Below are positions 1 to 9,063 of a stretch of 20,000 bases of DNA, piece by piece (within the stretch, counting starts at the first letter, position 1; every line of letters begins with the position of its first letter). The stretch covers positions 53,474 to 73,473 of the IMG/VR virus record IMGVR_UViG_3300031994_003577; one strand, written 5' to 3'. Position numbers and translations under genes: made by a program. A model generated the notes under the pieces. The model did no database searches, was not told the origin of the DNA, and was given only the letters and a program-made list of their open reading frames with translations. The DNA is from an uncultured virus (IMG/VR IMGVR_UViG_3300031994_003577). Its lineage: Duplodnaviria; Heunggongvirae; Uroviricota; Caudoviricetes.

Positions 1-21
1 ATTCTTGATAAAACAACTGCT

Positions 22-324
22 ATGATTGTGCCAGATTGGGGTGAAATTATAGCTGGCGCTGGTATGGGAATTTTTCTTATTTTTGCATGGGTTGGCATTA
101 TTTGCTTAATTGAAGGTGTAAATAAGAAAAGCACTATAATAATTTTTGGAATATGTGTATTAGGTTTTTTAATGGGAATTTCTTACTTTTTTCTTCCAAA
201 AGTACCAGATATTACATATAAAGTTATTGTAGAAGATAATGTAAATATGAATGATTTTTTTAATAAATATGAATTAATTAAACAAGAAGGTTTGATTTAT
301 ACCGTTAAGTTGAAAGGAGATTAA
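22..324 (+). CDS. hypothetical membrane protein
   Basis: 100-aa ORF with two hydrophobic segments; ends 2 bp before the next gene. Confidence 0.7.
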   Translation: MIVPDWGEIIAGAGMGIFLIFAWVGIICLIEGVNKKSTIIIFGICVLGFLMGISYFFLPKVPDITYKVIVEDNVNMNDFFNKYELIKQEGLIYTVKLKGD

Positions 325-326
325 TT

Positions 327-1580
327 ATGCTTAATAAGAATGGACAGCGTGAACTTGTGTATGTAGTTCTTATTGATGAAATCATGCCTATTGAGGGTTA
401 TGATCGTGTAGAACTCGCGCGCGTTGGTGGATGGCATGTAATCGTTCAGAAGGAACAGTTTAAGGTTGGTGATCCGGCGATTTACTTTGAGGTTGATAGC
501 CGTGTTCCGTCCGATCGTGAATGCTTTGCTTTCCTCGCAAAGCGCAAGTATAAGATTAAGACTATTAAGATGTGCGGCGTAGTGTCGCAGGGTTTGCTTA
601 TGCACGCTGAAGATTTCGGTTGGACTAATGAAATTGATGCGGATGGACATTGCTTTATTTGGGAAGGAACTGACCATTATGCACAACACTGGCCTGATAA
701 TGAATCTCGCTTCCTTACTGAAAAGCTTGGCGTAACCCATATTGAAGATGAAGATAACAAGTCTTCTGCACCGGTTGATAAGTACAAGGCAATGGCGCAA
801 CGTCGTCCGAATATTTTCAAGAAGAAGTGGGCGCGCTGGTTCATGCGGCGTGAATGGGGACGTAAGTTGATGTTTGCACTCTTTGGGCGCAAGAAGAAGA
901 AGTCTGAAACTTCGTTCCCGACTAAGTTCCCGTTCGTTAAACGAACTGACGAAGAAAGAGTCGAGAATATGCCTTGGGTTCTTAAGGATAAGACCCCCTA
1001 TATTGTAACTCAAAAGTGCGACGGTTCTTCTGCTACCTATATTCTCGCGCGCACTCATAATCCGTTCAAGCCGTTTGAATTTTATGTGTGCTCGCGCAAT
1101 GTGCGTATGCTTGACGAGAAGCAGCAATGCTTTTATGATGAAAATGTGTACTGGGAAATGGCAAAGAAGTATGACATTGAAGCTAAGCTTAAGAGCTATT
1201 TAAAGGATAACCGCCATCTTACTTATGTATGCTGGCAGGGCGAGATTTGCGGTCCGAATATTCAGAAGAACCCGCATCATCTTAAGGAAAATCATCTTTT
1301 CTGCTTTCATATGATTGATAGCTCTAAGGGCAAGTATGATATGCGTGAAGCAGAATTAATTTGGCATAGTTATGGTATGGAAATTGTGCCCATCGTAGAT
1401 ACTTCTTATCGTATGCCGGACGATTTTGACGAGTTCAAGAAGAGCGCGGATGGTTTCTATAGCACAGAAGTAACCGAAGGAACTCATAATTGTCCGCGTG
1501 AGGGATATGTATATTATAAGACTACTGACCCGAACTTTAGCTTTAAGAACGTAAGTACTTCATATCTTTTGTCGCGTTAA
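327..1580 (+). CDS. ATP-dependent RNA ligase, DRB0094/Rnl2-like family
   Basis: Nucleotidyltransferase motifs I (TQKCDGSS), III (WQGEICG), IV (EGYV) and V (SFK); N-terminal PIEGYDRVELARVGGW..FKVGD..YFEVDS domain typical of DRB0094-type ligases; AAAGGAG RBS. Confidence 0.88.
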   Translation: MLNKNGQRELVYVVLIDEIMPIEGYDRVELARVGGWHVIVQKEQFKVGDPAIYFEVDSRVPSDRECFAFLAKRKYKIKTIKMCGVVSQGLLMHAEDFGWTNEIDADGHCFIWEGTDHYAQHWPDNESRFLTEKLGVTHIEDEDNKSSAPVDKYKAMAQRRPNIFKKKWARWFMRREWGRKLMFALFGRKKKKSETSFPTKFPFVKRTDEERVENMPWVLKDKTPYIVTQKCDGSSATYILARTHNPFKPFEFYVCSRNVRMLDEKQQCFYDENVYWEMAKKYDIEAKLKSYLKDNRHLTYVCWQGEICGPNIQKNPHHLKENHLFCFHMIDSSKGKYDMREAELIWHSYGMEIVPIVDTSYRMPDDFDEFKKSADGFYSTEVTEGTHNCPREGYVYYKTTDPNFSFKNVSTSYLLSR

Positions 1581-1650
1581 GCACGAATAAGTTGTATTTA
1601 ATATCTAATATTTTTACTTTTATTTGACTAAGTTATAGGAGGAAAAGTAA

Positions 1651-1827
1651 ATGGCAGATGAGACCACTCTTAATAATGAAACTACAGAAGAAGAAGTAAC
1701 TCCAAGAGACATTCTCGTTCAATATATCAACGACGTTTCTTCTGGTAAAAAGGTATTAAATCCAACTATTTTATTGCAATTAATTGATGATTTAAGCGAT
1801 GATGATTCAAGTGAAAGTGATACTTAA
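1651..1827 (+). CDS. small acidic hypothetical protein (58 aa, MADETTLNNE...)
   Basis: AGGAGG RBS at 1637-1642; open frame to TAA; followed by a terminator. Confidence 0.65.
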   Translation: MADETTLNNETTEEEVTPRDILVQYINDVSSGKKVLNPTILLQLIDDLSDDDSSESDT

Positions 1828-1832
1828 GAATT

Positions 1833-1857
1833 AAAGCCCTTAGGGGCTTTATTTTTT
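1833..1857 (+). terminator. intrinsic terminator
   Basis: AAAGCCC-TTAG-GGGCTTT followed by a T-run. Confidence 0.7.
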
Positions 1858-1884
1858 GACTTTTTTTAAATTTTATGATATAAT
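1856..1884 (+). promoter_or_regulatory. sigma-A/70 promoter
   Basis: TTGACT-17 bp-TATAAT with extended -10 TG. Confidence 0.85.
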
Positions 1885-1917
1885 TATTATATAAAATAAT
1901 AGGAGAAAATGATGTAA

Positions 1918-2217
1918 ATGTATACTGCGCGCGACGTAAAAAAATTAACTGATGAATGTAAAAAGTTATGGATTAAATTGGCCGTAGAAAAAGATAGCAA
2001 GTTAATAGATAAATATATCGATAAGTGTGCGAAAAATGGTGATTACAGTTTAACAGTAGAATATCCTGCTTTATATACAACTGCTGAAAAGGGCCGTAAA
2101 GAATTAATTGATAAATATCGAGAAAATGGTTTTGAAGTAGAAGAAGATCATTATATTAGATATGACAATGGTTATATTCATGGTTTAATTATAAGTTGGG
2201 GTAAAGAAAATGAGTAA
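1918..2217 (+). CDS. hypothetical protein
   Basis: ORF downstream of promoter with AGGAG RBS. Confidence 0.75.
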   Translation: MYTARDVKKLTDECKKLWIKLAVEKDSKLIDKYIDKCAKNGDYSLTVEYPALYTTAEKGRKELIDKYRENGFEVEEDHYIRYDNGYIHGLIISWGKENE

Positions 2218-2398
2218 AAAATATTGGTTTTGTAAGAAGTGCGGGCATTTTGAAGAAATTGGTAAAGAACGTGCGGATGTAATTGTTGGACTTTGTCCTA
2301 AATGTTTTTATTATATGAGCGCGCAAGATTGGGATGATGAAGATGTTAAGAAAGCTGAAAAGGCTCGCGCGCTTCGTATCATTAAAAGAACTAAATAA
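2210..2398 (+). CDS. small zinc-ribbon protein
   Basis: CKKC...CPKC; overlaps the upstream gene end. Confidence 0.7.
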   Translation: MSKKYWFCKKCGHFEEIGKERADVIVGLCPKCFYYMSAQDWDDEDVKKAEKARALRIIKRTK

Positions 2399-2400
2399 AT

Positions 2401-2429
2401 TTGAAATTTTTCTAAATTTATGATATAAT
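2401..2429 (+). promoter_or_regulatory. sigma-A/70 promoter
   Basis: TTGAAA-17-TATAAT with extended TG. Confidence 0.8.
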
Positions 2430-2459
2430 AATTATAGAAAATAAAGGAGATCAAAAGTA

Positions 2460-2663
2460 ATGTATCATTATAAAGTTACTTTTTATGATGAACTTTCTGA
2501 AAATAAAAAAATTATCACCGATACTGGGATTACTAGTGGTGGTAATGCTGGAGAAGCAATTAATAAGTTAATTGAATTTTATGGAAAAAAGCAGATAATT
2601 TCAATTGACGAATTTTATGAACTAGAAGAAATTTTAACGAAAACCGACTTGTCAGAAATTTAA
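2460..2663 (+). CDS. hypothetical protein
   Basis: AAAGGAG RBS; first gene after promoter. Confidence 0.7.
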   Translation: MYHYKVTFYDELSENKKIITDTGITSGGNAGEAINKLIEFYGKKQIISIDEFYELEEILTKTDLSEI

Positions 2664-2677
2664 GAAAGGAACGTTTT

Positions 2678-3172
2678 ATGGTCGCAAAAAGCTTTCAAGG
2701 TCTTAAACAGTTGACCGATCCTTATAAAGAAAATGGTAAAGAATATGTTACCGTTGAGACAAAAACTGGAAAAACTCGTAAGGTTCGTTGGTATAGTACC
2801 GATGAATATTGTCGAATGTATCCAGATGCTGATAAAAATGCTATTGCACGTGAATATGATTCTTATTGGCATTCTCTTGAATATGTTCTTATGGGTTCTT
2901 CAGGTTTTGTTTGGGTCTTTGAAGGCGACCCTACGCCCTACTTGGAAGAGCTGTACATGAGTAGGCATATCTGGTATAATACCACTTTCGGATGGTTCAT
3001 TAAGGGCGAAGAAGATGAATCTATCGTTGAAGCCGCGCGCGAATGGTTCGTTGTACATAAGTTGGAATGGAAAGAAATTAGTATTGATGATAATTCGTTG
3101 CGCGCGGATGCTAAAAAAATCATAGACGATAAATGTAATGGAAAGGTAGCCAGAAAATATGTTGCTGATTGA
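2678..3172 (+). CDS. hypothetical protein
   Basis: GAAAGGA RBS; 164-aa ORF in operon. Confidence 0.75.
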   Translation: MVAKSFQGLKQLTDPYKENGKEYVTVETKTGKTRKVRWYSTDEYCRMYPDADKNAIAREYDSYWHSLEYVLMGSSGFVWVFEGDPTPYLEELYMSRHIWYNTTFGWFIKGEEDESIVEAAREWFVVHKLEWKEISIDDNSLRADAKKIIDDKCNGKVARKYVAD

Positions 3173-4070
3173 TGAAAAAACGCCCATCTTTGAAATGCTT
3201 GTTGGCGTAGCCGGTTCTGGAAAGTCTACTTATGCTCTTGCGAGAAAAGCAGAACTTGAAGATATTACTGGTTTGAAATGTGAAATTGTTTCTTCTGATG
3301 CCATTCGTGGAGAGCTTTGGGGCGATGAAAGCGATCAACGAGATCCTTCAAAAGTTTTTGACGTGATGCTCGCGCGCACTCGTAAGTATCTTTCTGAAGG
3401 GTATCACGTAATTTATGATGCTTGTAATGTTGGTGAAAAGTATCGTAAGCATACTCTTCATAATATTTCTAGTTTTGACTGCTTCAAGCGCTGTACTATT
3501 TTTATTGTTTCACCGGAAGAGTGCATTAAAAGGCAGGAGTACAGAGAAAGAAAAGTGCCAGACCATGTAATTTATCGGCAGATTTCTCAGTTTCAGGTTC
3601 CTTTTTGGTCTGAAGGTTGGGATGATATTATTATTTATGGAGAACCTTATTCTGATGGTCAAATTGCAGAAAAGTTAAGCACTTTACGAAACTTTGACCA
3701 GAAAAATCCCCATCATACGCTGCCGCTTGATGAACATTTAATCAAAGCAAGAAATTATGCTGTTGAAAAAAAGTACTCTGAAATTGTGATGTGCGCGGCA
3801 CTGTGCCACGATATTGGAAAGATCTTTACTCAGACTATTGATGATGATGGTATTGCTCATTATTATGGTCATGAAAATGTTAGTGCTTATTATTATTTTC
3901 TTCTGACTGGCGATCTTTTTAATGGTCTAGAAATTATTTGGTTAATTAATCATCATATGGACTTTTTTAAAGGAGAACGGTATCTTGAAAAAGTTCATAG
4001 GAGTATTGAAAACGAAGAACTTTGGGAAATGCTTAATCAGCTGCATGAATGTGATTTGCAAGCCCATTAA
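3159..4070 (+). CDS. polynucleotide-kinase-like P-loop kinase fused to HD phosphohydrolase
   Basis: Walker A GVAGSGKST, SSDAIR, IYDACN, R..RERKVP (Pnk/AAA_33-like); C-terminal HH..H..CHDIGK..GHE..HHM..D HD motifs. Confidence 0.85.
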   Translation: MLLIDEKTPIFEMLVGVAGSGKSTYALARKAELEDITGLKCEIVSSDAIRGELWGDESDQRDPSKVFDVMLARTRKYLSEGYHVIYDACNVGEKYRKHTLHNISSFDCFKRCTIFIVSPEECIKRQEYRERKVPDHVIYRQISQFQVPFWSEGWDDIIIYGEPYSDGQIAEKLSTLRNFDQKNPHHTLPLDEHLIKARNYAVEKKYSEIVMCAALCHDIGKIFTQTIDDDGIAHYYGHENVSAYYYFLLTGDLFNGLEIIWLINHHMDFFKGERYLEKVHRSIENEELWEMLNQLHECDLQAH

Positions 4071-4092
4071 ATAAACCTCATAGGAGAATAAA

Positions 4093-5385
4093 ATGAATCT
4101 TATTTATAATGTTGAAGATAAACCTCGTTTTTCTCAGACACTTGTGTTTGCTTTTCAGCAGTTGCTCGCTATTGTTGCGGCAACTATTGCTGTACCGGCT
4201 ATTGTAGGAAATGGTATGACCGCTAGCGCCGCGCTATTTGGCGCAGGTGTTGGTACATTAGTATACCAGTTGTTCACTAAGTTCAGAAGTCCTGTTTTTC
4301 TTGGTAGCTCTTTTGCCTTTCTTGGTTCAATGTTTGCCGCATTTGGTGGTGCAGTATCGCTAAGCGTTGGATACCTTGGACTAATTATTGGCGCGGTCTT
4401 TGCTGGATTAGTTTATGTAATTCTTGCACTAATTGTTAAGTTTGCGGGAGTAGAATGGATTAACAAGCTGATGCCGCCAGTAATCATTGGACCGATTGTG
4501 GCTATTATTGGACTTTCACTTGCAGGCAATGCTGTAAGTGATATGATGAGCGCGGGTTACCTTGGATTGGTGTGCGCGCTTGTAACACTCTTTGCCGTAA
4601 TAATTAGTAGTGTTTACGGAACTAAAGGAATGAAGTTAGTACCCTTCATTATAGGCATTGGCGCAGGGTATGCGTTAGCGCTAATTCTAAGTATTACTGG
4701 CGCGGCGCCTCTAATTGAGATGTCTAAGTTTAAAGAAATTGATGGTGTATTTGCCCTTCCACAATTTAGTTTTCTTAATGCGTGGGATGGTTTACGTCAA
4801 ATTGATTTAACTTATATTCTCACAATTTTCTTTGCGTATGCGCCGGTCGCATTTGTAGTATTTGCAGAGCATTTAGCGGATCATAAGAATTTATCTTCTA
4901 TTATTAATCGTGATTTGACTAAGGACCCAGGTCTTCATCGTACTCTTCTTGGTGATGGTATTGGTTCAATGGCTGGTGCTTTCTTTGGCGGCTGTCCAAA
5001 TACAACTTATGGTGAATCCATTGGTTGTGTTGCAATTACAGGAAACGCTTCTGTAATTACAATTACAGCGGCGGCGCTTCTTGCGATTATTGTATCATTC
5101 ATTAAGCCATTAATGGTCGTACTTGACAGTATTCCAGCCTGCGTAATGGGTGGCGTGTGTATGACACTTTATGGATTTATTGCGGTTAGTGGATTAAAGA
5201 TGTTGCAACCAGTTGATTTGAATAAGAATTCTAATCTATTTACTGCTTCTGTAATTCTTATTGCTGGTGTTGGCGGATTAAGTATTAGTTTTAGTACCGG
5301 CATGGGTGAAATTGCAATTACTACAGTAGCGTGCGCGCTGATACTTGGTATTATAACGAATTTAATCACAAGAAACGAAAAGTAA
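4093..5385 (+). CDS. uraA: uracil/xanthine permease, NCS2 (UraA/PyrP) family
   Basis: 430-aa polytopic membrane protein; P.FLGSSFAF, PPVIIGP, DG...FGG.PNTTYGESIG..AIT NAT signature, IP..VMGG. Confidence 0.9.
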   Translation: MNLIYNVEDKPRFSQTLVFAFQQLLAIVAATIAVPAIVGNGMTASAALFGAGVGTLVYQLFTKFRSPVFLGSSFAFLGSMFAAFGGAVSLSVGYLGLIIGAVFAGLVYVILALIVKFAGVEWINKLMPPVIIGPIVAIIGLSLAGNAVSDMMSAGYLGLVCALVTLFAVIISSVYGTKGMKLVPFIIGIGAGYALALILSITGAAPLIEMSKFKEIDGVFALPQFSFLNAWDGLRQIDLTYILTIFFAYAPVAFVVFAEHLADHKNLSSIINRDLTKDPGLHRTLLGDGIGSMAGAFFGGCPNTTYGESIGCVAITGNASVITITAAALLAIIVSFIKPLMVVLDSIPACVMGGVCMTLYGFIAVSGLKMLQPVDLNKNSNLFTASVILIAGVGGLSISFSTGMGEIAITTVACALILGIITNLITRNEK

Positions 5386-5400
5386 AAAGTACTTAAAAAT

Positions 5401-5430
5401 AAAAAGTCAACGTAAAAGTTGACTTTTTTT
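5401..5430 (+). terminator. intrinsic terminator overlapping the next -35
   Basis: AAAAAGTCAAC-GTAAAA-GTTGACTTTTT hairpin plus T-run. Confidence 0.7.
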
Positions 5431-5447
5431 AATTTTTATGATATAAT
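5419..5447 (+). promoter_or_regulatory. sigma-A/70 promoter
   Basis: TTGACT-17-TATAAT with extended TG. Confidence 0.85.
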
Positions 5448-5479
5448 ATATATAGAAAGAATAGGAAAGGAATATTACT

Positions 5480-5683
5480 ATGGAAGGTTACATCGCACGC
5501 AGAGTAGTTAAAGAAAGTAAAAAAGCTTATCTTGTAGAAGTCCATTATAATAATCGGCGTGACGGTTGTGGAATTAAATATAAGTGGATTGCAAAAAGTC
5601 TTTGTAAGCCAGTCATGGAAAATGAGTATTCTAGTAAGTGGATTTATACCCCTGAGAACATTATTGGTAGTGGTGTATGGTAA
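5480..5683 (+). CDS. hypothetical protein
   Basis: AAAGGA RBS after promoter. Confidence 0.7.
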   Translation: MEGYIARRVVKESKKAYLVEVHYNNRRDGCGIKYKWIAKSLCKPVMENEYSSKWIYTPENIIGSGVW

Positions 5684-5886
5684 GAACTTTTGTTAAGGGA
5701 TTTATATTTAAAAAAGAAATAAATATTTTACCATTTCCTTTTGGTATGGTAAAACCAGATGACATGACTATAGAAGATTTTTTTACTACTACGGAGGAAA
5801 TTCTTAAAGATAAAATTGAAGCTAACGAGTTTTGTGGTTATTTAATAGTTTTGGAGAATGAAAATGAAAGAGAAGAAAAAAAGTAA
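5677..5886 (+). CDS. hypothetical protein
   Basis: Overlapping operon packing. Confidence 0.6.
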   Translation: MVRTFVKGFIFKKEINILPFPFGMVKPDDMTIEDFFTTTEEILKDKIEANEFCGYLIVLENENEREEKK

Positions 5887-6442
5887 GCTGCGCGCCGAAT
5901 ACGAAAAAATTAATAGTTTTAAACTATTTTCTCCATATTGTCCTTGGACATATCCTTCTAATTGGTGGAAGAATATAAAGTGGTTTTTTAGATCTTTTAA
6001 GTACGCCGCGCAAAGAGTACGTCAAGGATATTGCGATCTTGATTTAATGGATCTTGATAGTTATTTTGTTGGTCTTATGGCTTGCGCGCTTGAAGAATTT
6101 GCAGAAAAATCCGAAGGATACCCTTGTAGATATATTAGTCGTTATTATTCTGAAGATCAAGATAGCGCGGCATGGAAGGCAGAAGTGCGCGGAGTAAGTT
6201 TACATTTGTTCCAATCTTTAGACTGCCTTGAAGATTTTAATTATAATAAAATGAAGTTTCCTGGGAAGCTTGTATTTAAAAAAGATGAAAAAGAACAAAC
6301 TTATGCAACTGTAGAGTGCTCTGATATAGAAAAATTAAATAAGCTCCATGAAGAAGAAAAACTTATTTATGAAGATCGACAGTATTGCTACAGAAAAGCT
6401 ATGGAATGGCTTACGGAATATGGTTGGGATCTTTGGTGGTAA
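5858..6442 (+). CDS. hypothetical phage protein
   Basis: 194-aa ORF ending in a WDLWW-type tail common in phage hypotheticals. Confidence 0.75.
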   Translation: MKMKEKKKSKLRAEYEKINSFKLFSPYCPWTYPSNWWKNIKWFFRSFKYAAQRVRQGYCDLDLMDLDSYFVGLMACALEEFAEKSEGYPCRYISRYYSEDQDSAAWKAEVRGVSLHLFQSLDCLEDFNYNKMKFPGKLVFKKDEKEQTYATVECSDIEKLNKLHEEEKLIYEDRQYCYRKAMEWLTEYGWDLWW

Positions 6443-6443
6443 T

Positions 6444-6680
6444 ATGGAAGAATATATTGGCAAAGATAAGTGCGCGCGGCTTTATTTTTATAAACCTACT
6501 CAAGTATCATATGCGACAAAATGGAATAGTGAAACTTATTTAGTTGGTATAGCCTATTGCGAAGAAATTATCCAAGCAGATGGAAGTTTGGTTTCAGTGT
6601 GGGATTTAAACTATTTGAAAACTTTGGAGTGGTTAGATCTTGAAGATGCTATTCGCGGAGATTTAAGAGAGGAAGAATGA
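6444..6680 (+). CDS. hypothetical protein
   Basis: Start reassigned to ATG 6444 (MEEYIGK), 1 bp after the upstream stop. Confidence 0.65.
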   Translation: MEEYIGKDKCARLYFYKPTQVSYATKWNSETYLVGIAYCEEIIQADGSLVSVWDLNYLKTLEWLDLEDAIRGDLREEE

Positions 6681-6683
6681 GAT

Positions 6684-7148
6684 ATGAGTACGTATATTAA
6701 CTTTTTTATGCGGCGCGCAGATGAATTTATTCCAATTGTTAGTTTTAGTCGTTCTTCTTATATTTATAAAGTAGCTGCTAATTATGCACCATATGCGAAG
6801 ATTGCACCTTTTAGCACAGAAATTCTTAAGAATTGTTGTAATGCTATTAAAGAAGAAAAGAATCGTATAAAAGAAAAAATTAATATTGAAAAATCTCATG
6901 TTGAATATATTAAAAATTTTAATAATTCTGTTTCAGATAAACTTGAAGCTATTGCTGAATGTGAAAGTTCAATAAAAGACTGGGAAGAAGAACTTGAAGA
7001 CGCGAGACGCGCGCAATATTTCTTTACTTTTCTTGAAGACATGACTGATGAAATTCTTTATGTAGATTACAATAAAGCCGAAACTAATAAATATATATAT
7101 GCTGGTATTGAGGTCAATATTCCAACTGTTGAGGATGTCGTAAAATGA
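6684..7148 (+). CDS. hypothetical coiled-coil protein
   Basis: GAGGA RBS; charged helical central region. Confidence 0.75.
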   Translation: MSTYINFFMRRADEFIPIVSFSRSSYIYKVAANYAPYAKIAPFSTEILKNCCNAIKEEKNRIKEKINIEKSHVEYIKNFNNSVSDKLEAIAECESSIKDWEEELEDARRAQYFFTFLEDMTDEILYVDYNKAETNKYIYAGIEVNIPTVEDVVK

Positions 7149-7588
7149 ATGAATATATATCAAAAGAATTAGCAATTAGCGCAGCTTTAAACTTTATTCG
7201 TATGGGTGAAAAAGTAACTGAATCTCAAGTGCGTCAATATTTTAATGATTTTATTGAGCCTGTCACGATTTATTTTGTTTCTACTTGTACTAAAGTTGAA
7301 GGTTTTAACTGGGTAGATCTTGGAAATAGTAATTTTATTGGTTGGTTTTCTTCCTTGGAGGACGCGCGCAAGTGTGTAGAAGAAAATAATTGCGATATTT
7401 GGGAAACAGTATATGATTATGCTTTTATTGAACCATATGTAGAAGGATTTTATGGACAAGATTTTTCTAAAGATACCCTGTGGTTTAAGTATAATAAAGA
7501 GAATGATCGATATGAAGAGATTCCAATGCCTAAAATTACTAAAAATTTTTGCGGTTTGAGTAGAATACATAATAATGAAAAAATTTGA
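7145..7588 (+). CDS. hypothetical phage protein
   Basis: ATGA overlap with upstream gene; 147 aa. Confidence 0.75.
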   Translation: MNEYISKELAISAALNFIRMGEKVTESQVRQYFNDFIEPVTIYFVSTCTKVEGFNWVDLGNSNFIGWFSSLEDARKCVEENNCDIWETVYDYAFIEPYVEGFYGQDFSKDTLWFKYNKENDRYEEIPMPKITKNFCGLSRIHNNEKI

Positions 7589-7736
7589 TATAATAATTAC
7601 TTGCCAAGGTCAAAGTACCCATCATTATGTTACAACACTTTTAGGAGCGTTAATAGTTTATAGTTTTCATTATTTAACAAAAAAGCATTATGGCACTATG
7701 AATTTTATGTTGCGCGAAGTAGAACCTTGGAATTGA
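7575..7736 (+). CDS. hypothetical protein (53 aa, MKKFDIIITC...)
   Basis: Open frame filling the gap between neighbours. Confidence 0.5.
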   Translation: MKKFDIIITCQGQSTHHYVTTLLGALIVYSFHYLTKKHYGTMNFMLREVEPWN

Positions 7737-7753
7737 AATAAAGGTGAATACGA

Positions 7754-8053
7754 ATGACTAATGAGGAACTAATTTATAATCTACGCTATTGTTTTGAAAA
7801 ACGCAAAACGGTTGTTGGCGTACCGTGGTATGTGTGGTGTGATAGAGCCGCCGACGCGCTTGAAGCAGATGAAAAGCGGATTACGGAACTGGAAGCACAG
7901 TTGCCAAAAGAGGGCGTGTGGATAATTATAGGAATTTCGGTTACTGGTAGTTCAACTGCAAAATGTTCAAAGTGTGACGCGATTGTGCATAATAGTTTCA
8001 CAAACACGCCGAACTATTGTCCGAACTGTGGCGCGAGGATGAAGGAAAAATAA
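7754..8053 (+). CDS. phage protein with C-terminal zinc ribbon
   Basis: CSKC...YCPNCG; AAGGTG RBS. Confidence 0.75.
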   Translation: MTNEELIYNLRYCFEKRKTVVGVPWYVWCDRAADALEADEKRITELEAQLPKEGVWIIIGISVTGSSTAKCSKCDAIVHNSFTNTPNYCPNCGARMKEK

Positions 8054-8054
8054 A

Positions 8055-8252
8055 ATGAAAAGAATGTTATTTGAATTGCCTGATGAATCGATTATTATGG
8101 CGTTTACAATCGTTATGCAAGACAGACTGTACACTAATGTATTTACTGAGTGTCATCCTGTTGTAGACGGTCAGATATTTACACTTGTTGATGATGGCAA
8201 GAACGGAAAGACACATTACGTGTGCAGAAAAAGCATGGAAGATAAAGCATGA
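8055..8252 (+). CDS. hypothetical protein
   Basis: GAAGGA RBS; tight packing. Confidence 0.65.
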   Translation: MKRMLFELPDESIIMAFTIVMQDRLYTNVFTECHPVVDGQIFTLVDDGKNGKTHYVCRKSMEDKA

Positions 8253-8265
8253 AAGGAGAACGGGA

Positions 8266-8481
8266 ATGACAGATAGAGAAAAAGCAATCGTCTCAGCATA
8301 TACTGGTTATGCAATGCTCTGCGGAGATAAGCTCTCAATCTTCTATGAATATATCGAGGAGATTCTCGGAAGACCTATTATGACGCATGAACTTGCGCTC
8401 GAAAGCGTTTGGGATGAGATTCATGAGAAAAGTAAGCCAGATTTTATCTCGCTATGTGCAAAAGAAAAGGTATATCGATGA
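8266..8481 (+). CDS. hypothetical phage protein (MTDREKAIVSAYTG...)
   Basis: AAAGGAG RBS supports a start at 8266. Confidence 0.7.
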   Translation: MTDREKAIVSAYTGYAMLCGDKLSIFYEYIEEILGRPIMTHELALESVWDEIHEKSKPDFISLCAKEKVYR

Positions 8482-8630
8482 ATGACCTATTTACTTGCCT
8501 TGGAATCAGTACTGCTATTCTTGGTGTGTGCATTGTCGGAAGTGCGTTTATGATTTGCGATAAAATAAGTAGTTTGACGCATGAAATATGGGAACTGCGA
8601 ATAGATTTAAAAGGGAGAAATAAAAAATGA
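8478..8630 (+). CDS. small membrane protein (50 aa)
   Basis: ATGA overlaps at both ends; one hydrophobic helix. Confidence 0.6.
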   Translation: MNDLFTCLGISTAILGVCIVGSAFMICDKISSLTHEIWELRIDLKGRNKK

Positions 8631-8890
8631 TTGTAAATTGTCGTAAAAAACCAGTAGTTGTCCAAGCTTGCCAATGGACTGGTGAAAATCTACATGAGTG
8701 TTTGGAATTTTGTCACGGCGCGCTGACTGCGATTTATCCTACGTTAGATGATAGCGTTGTAATTCTTGAGATTTCTACACTTGAAGGAGATATGTGTGTA
8801 AGTTTGAATGACTATATTATCAAAGGTGTGGATGGAGAATTTTATCCATGTAAAGAATCTATTTTTCTAAAAACATATGATTTTGTATAA
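8627..8890 (+). CDS. conserved phage protein (PGDYG-like)
   Basis: RKKPVVV.A.QWTGEN...TLEG.M....DYIIKGV.GEFYPCK..IF.KTY pattern typical of a widespread phage family. Confidence 0.75.
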   Translation: MIVNCRKKPVVVQACQWTGENLHECLEFCHGALTAIYPTLDDSVVILEISTLEGDMCVSLNDYIIKGVDGEFYPCKESIFLKTYDFV

Positions 8891-8902
8891 GGAGAGATAT
8901 AT

Positions 8903-8989
8903 ATGACTTTAGCTTGGATTCTAGCTTGTATTGGTTTTTTTTCTGCGGGCGTAGCTTTGGGAATTTTTGTTACAGCTAATTATGTTTAA
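8903..8989 (+). CDS. 28-aa hydrophobic peptide
   Basis: AAGGAG RBS; single TM-like segment. Confidence 0.45.
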   Translation: MTLAWILACIGFFSAGVALGIFVTANYV

Positions 8990-9001
8990 CGTATTGAAAA
9001 T

Positions 9002-9030
9002 TTGAAATTTTCTGAAAATTCTGATATAAT
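9002..9030 (+). promoter_or_regulatory. sigma-A/70 promoter
   Basis: TTGAAA-17-TATAAT with extended TG. Confidence 0.8.
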
Positions 9031-9063
9031 ATATATAGAAAGAATGAGAAAGGGAAAAGAATA

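Noticed and set aside
321..1127. 268-aa minus-strand ORF and other antisense ORFs in the track
   Set aside because: These are shadows of well-supported genes on the opposite strand, with no RBS or promoter.
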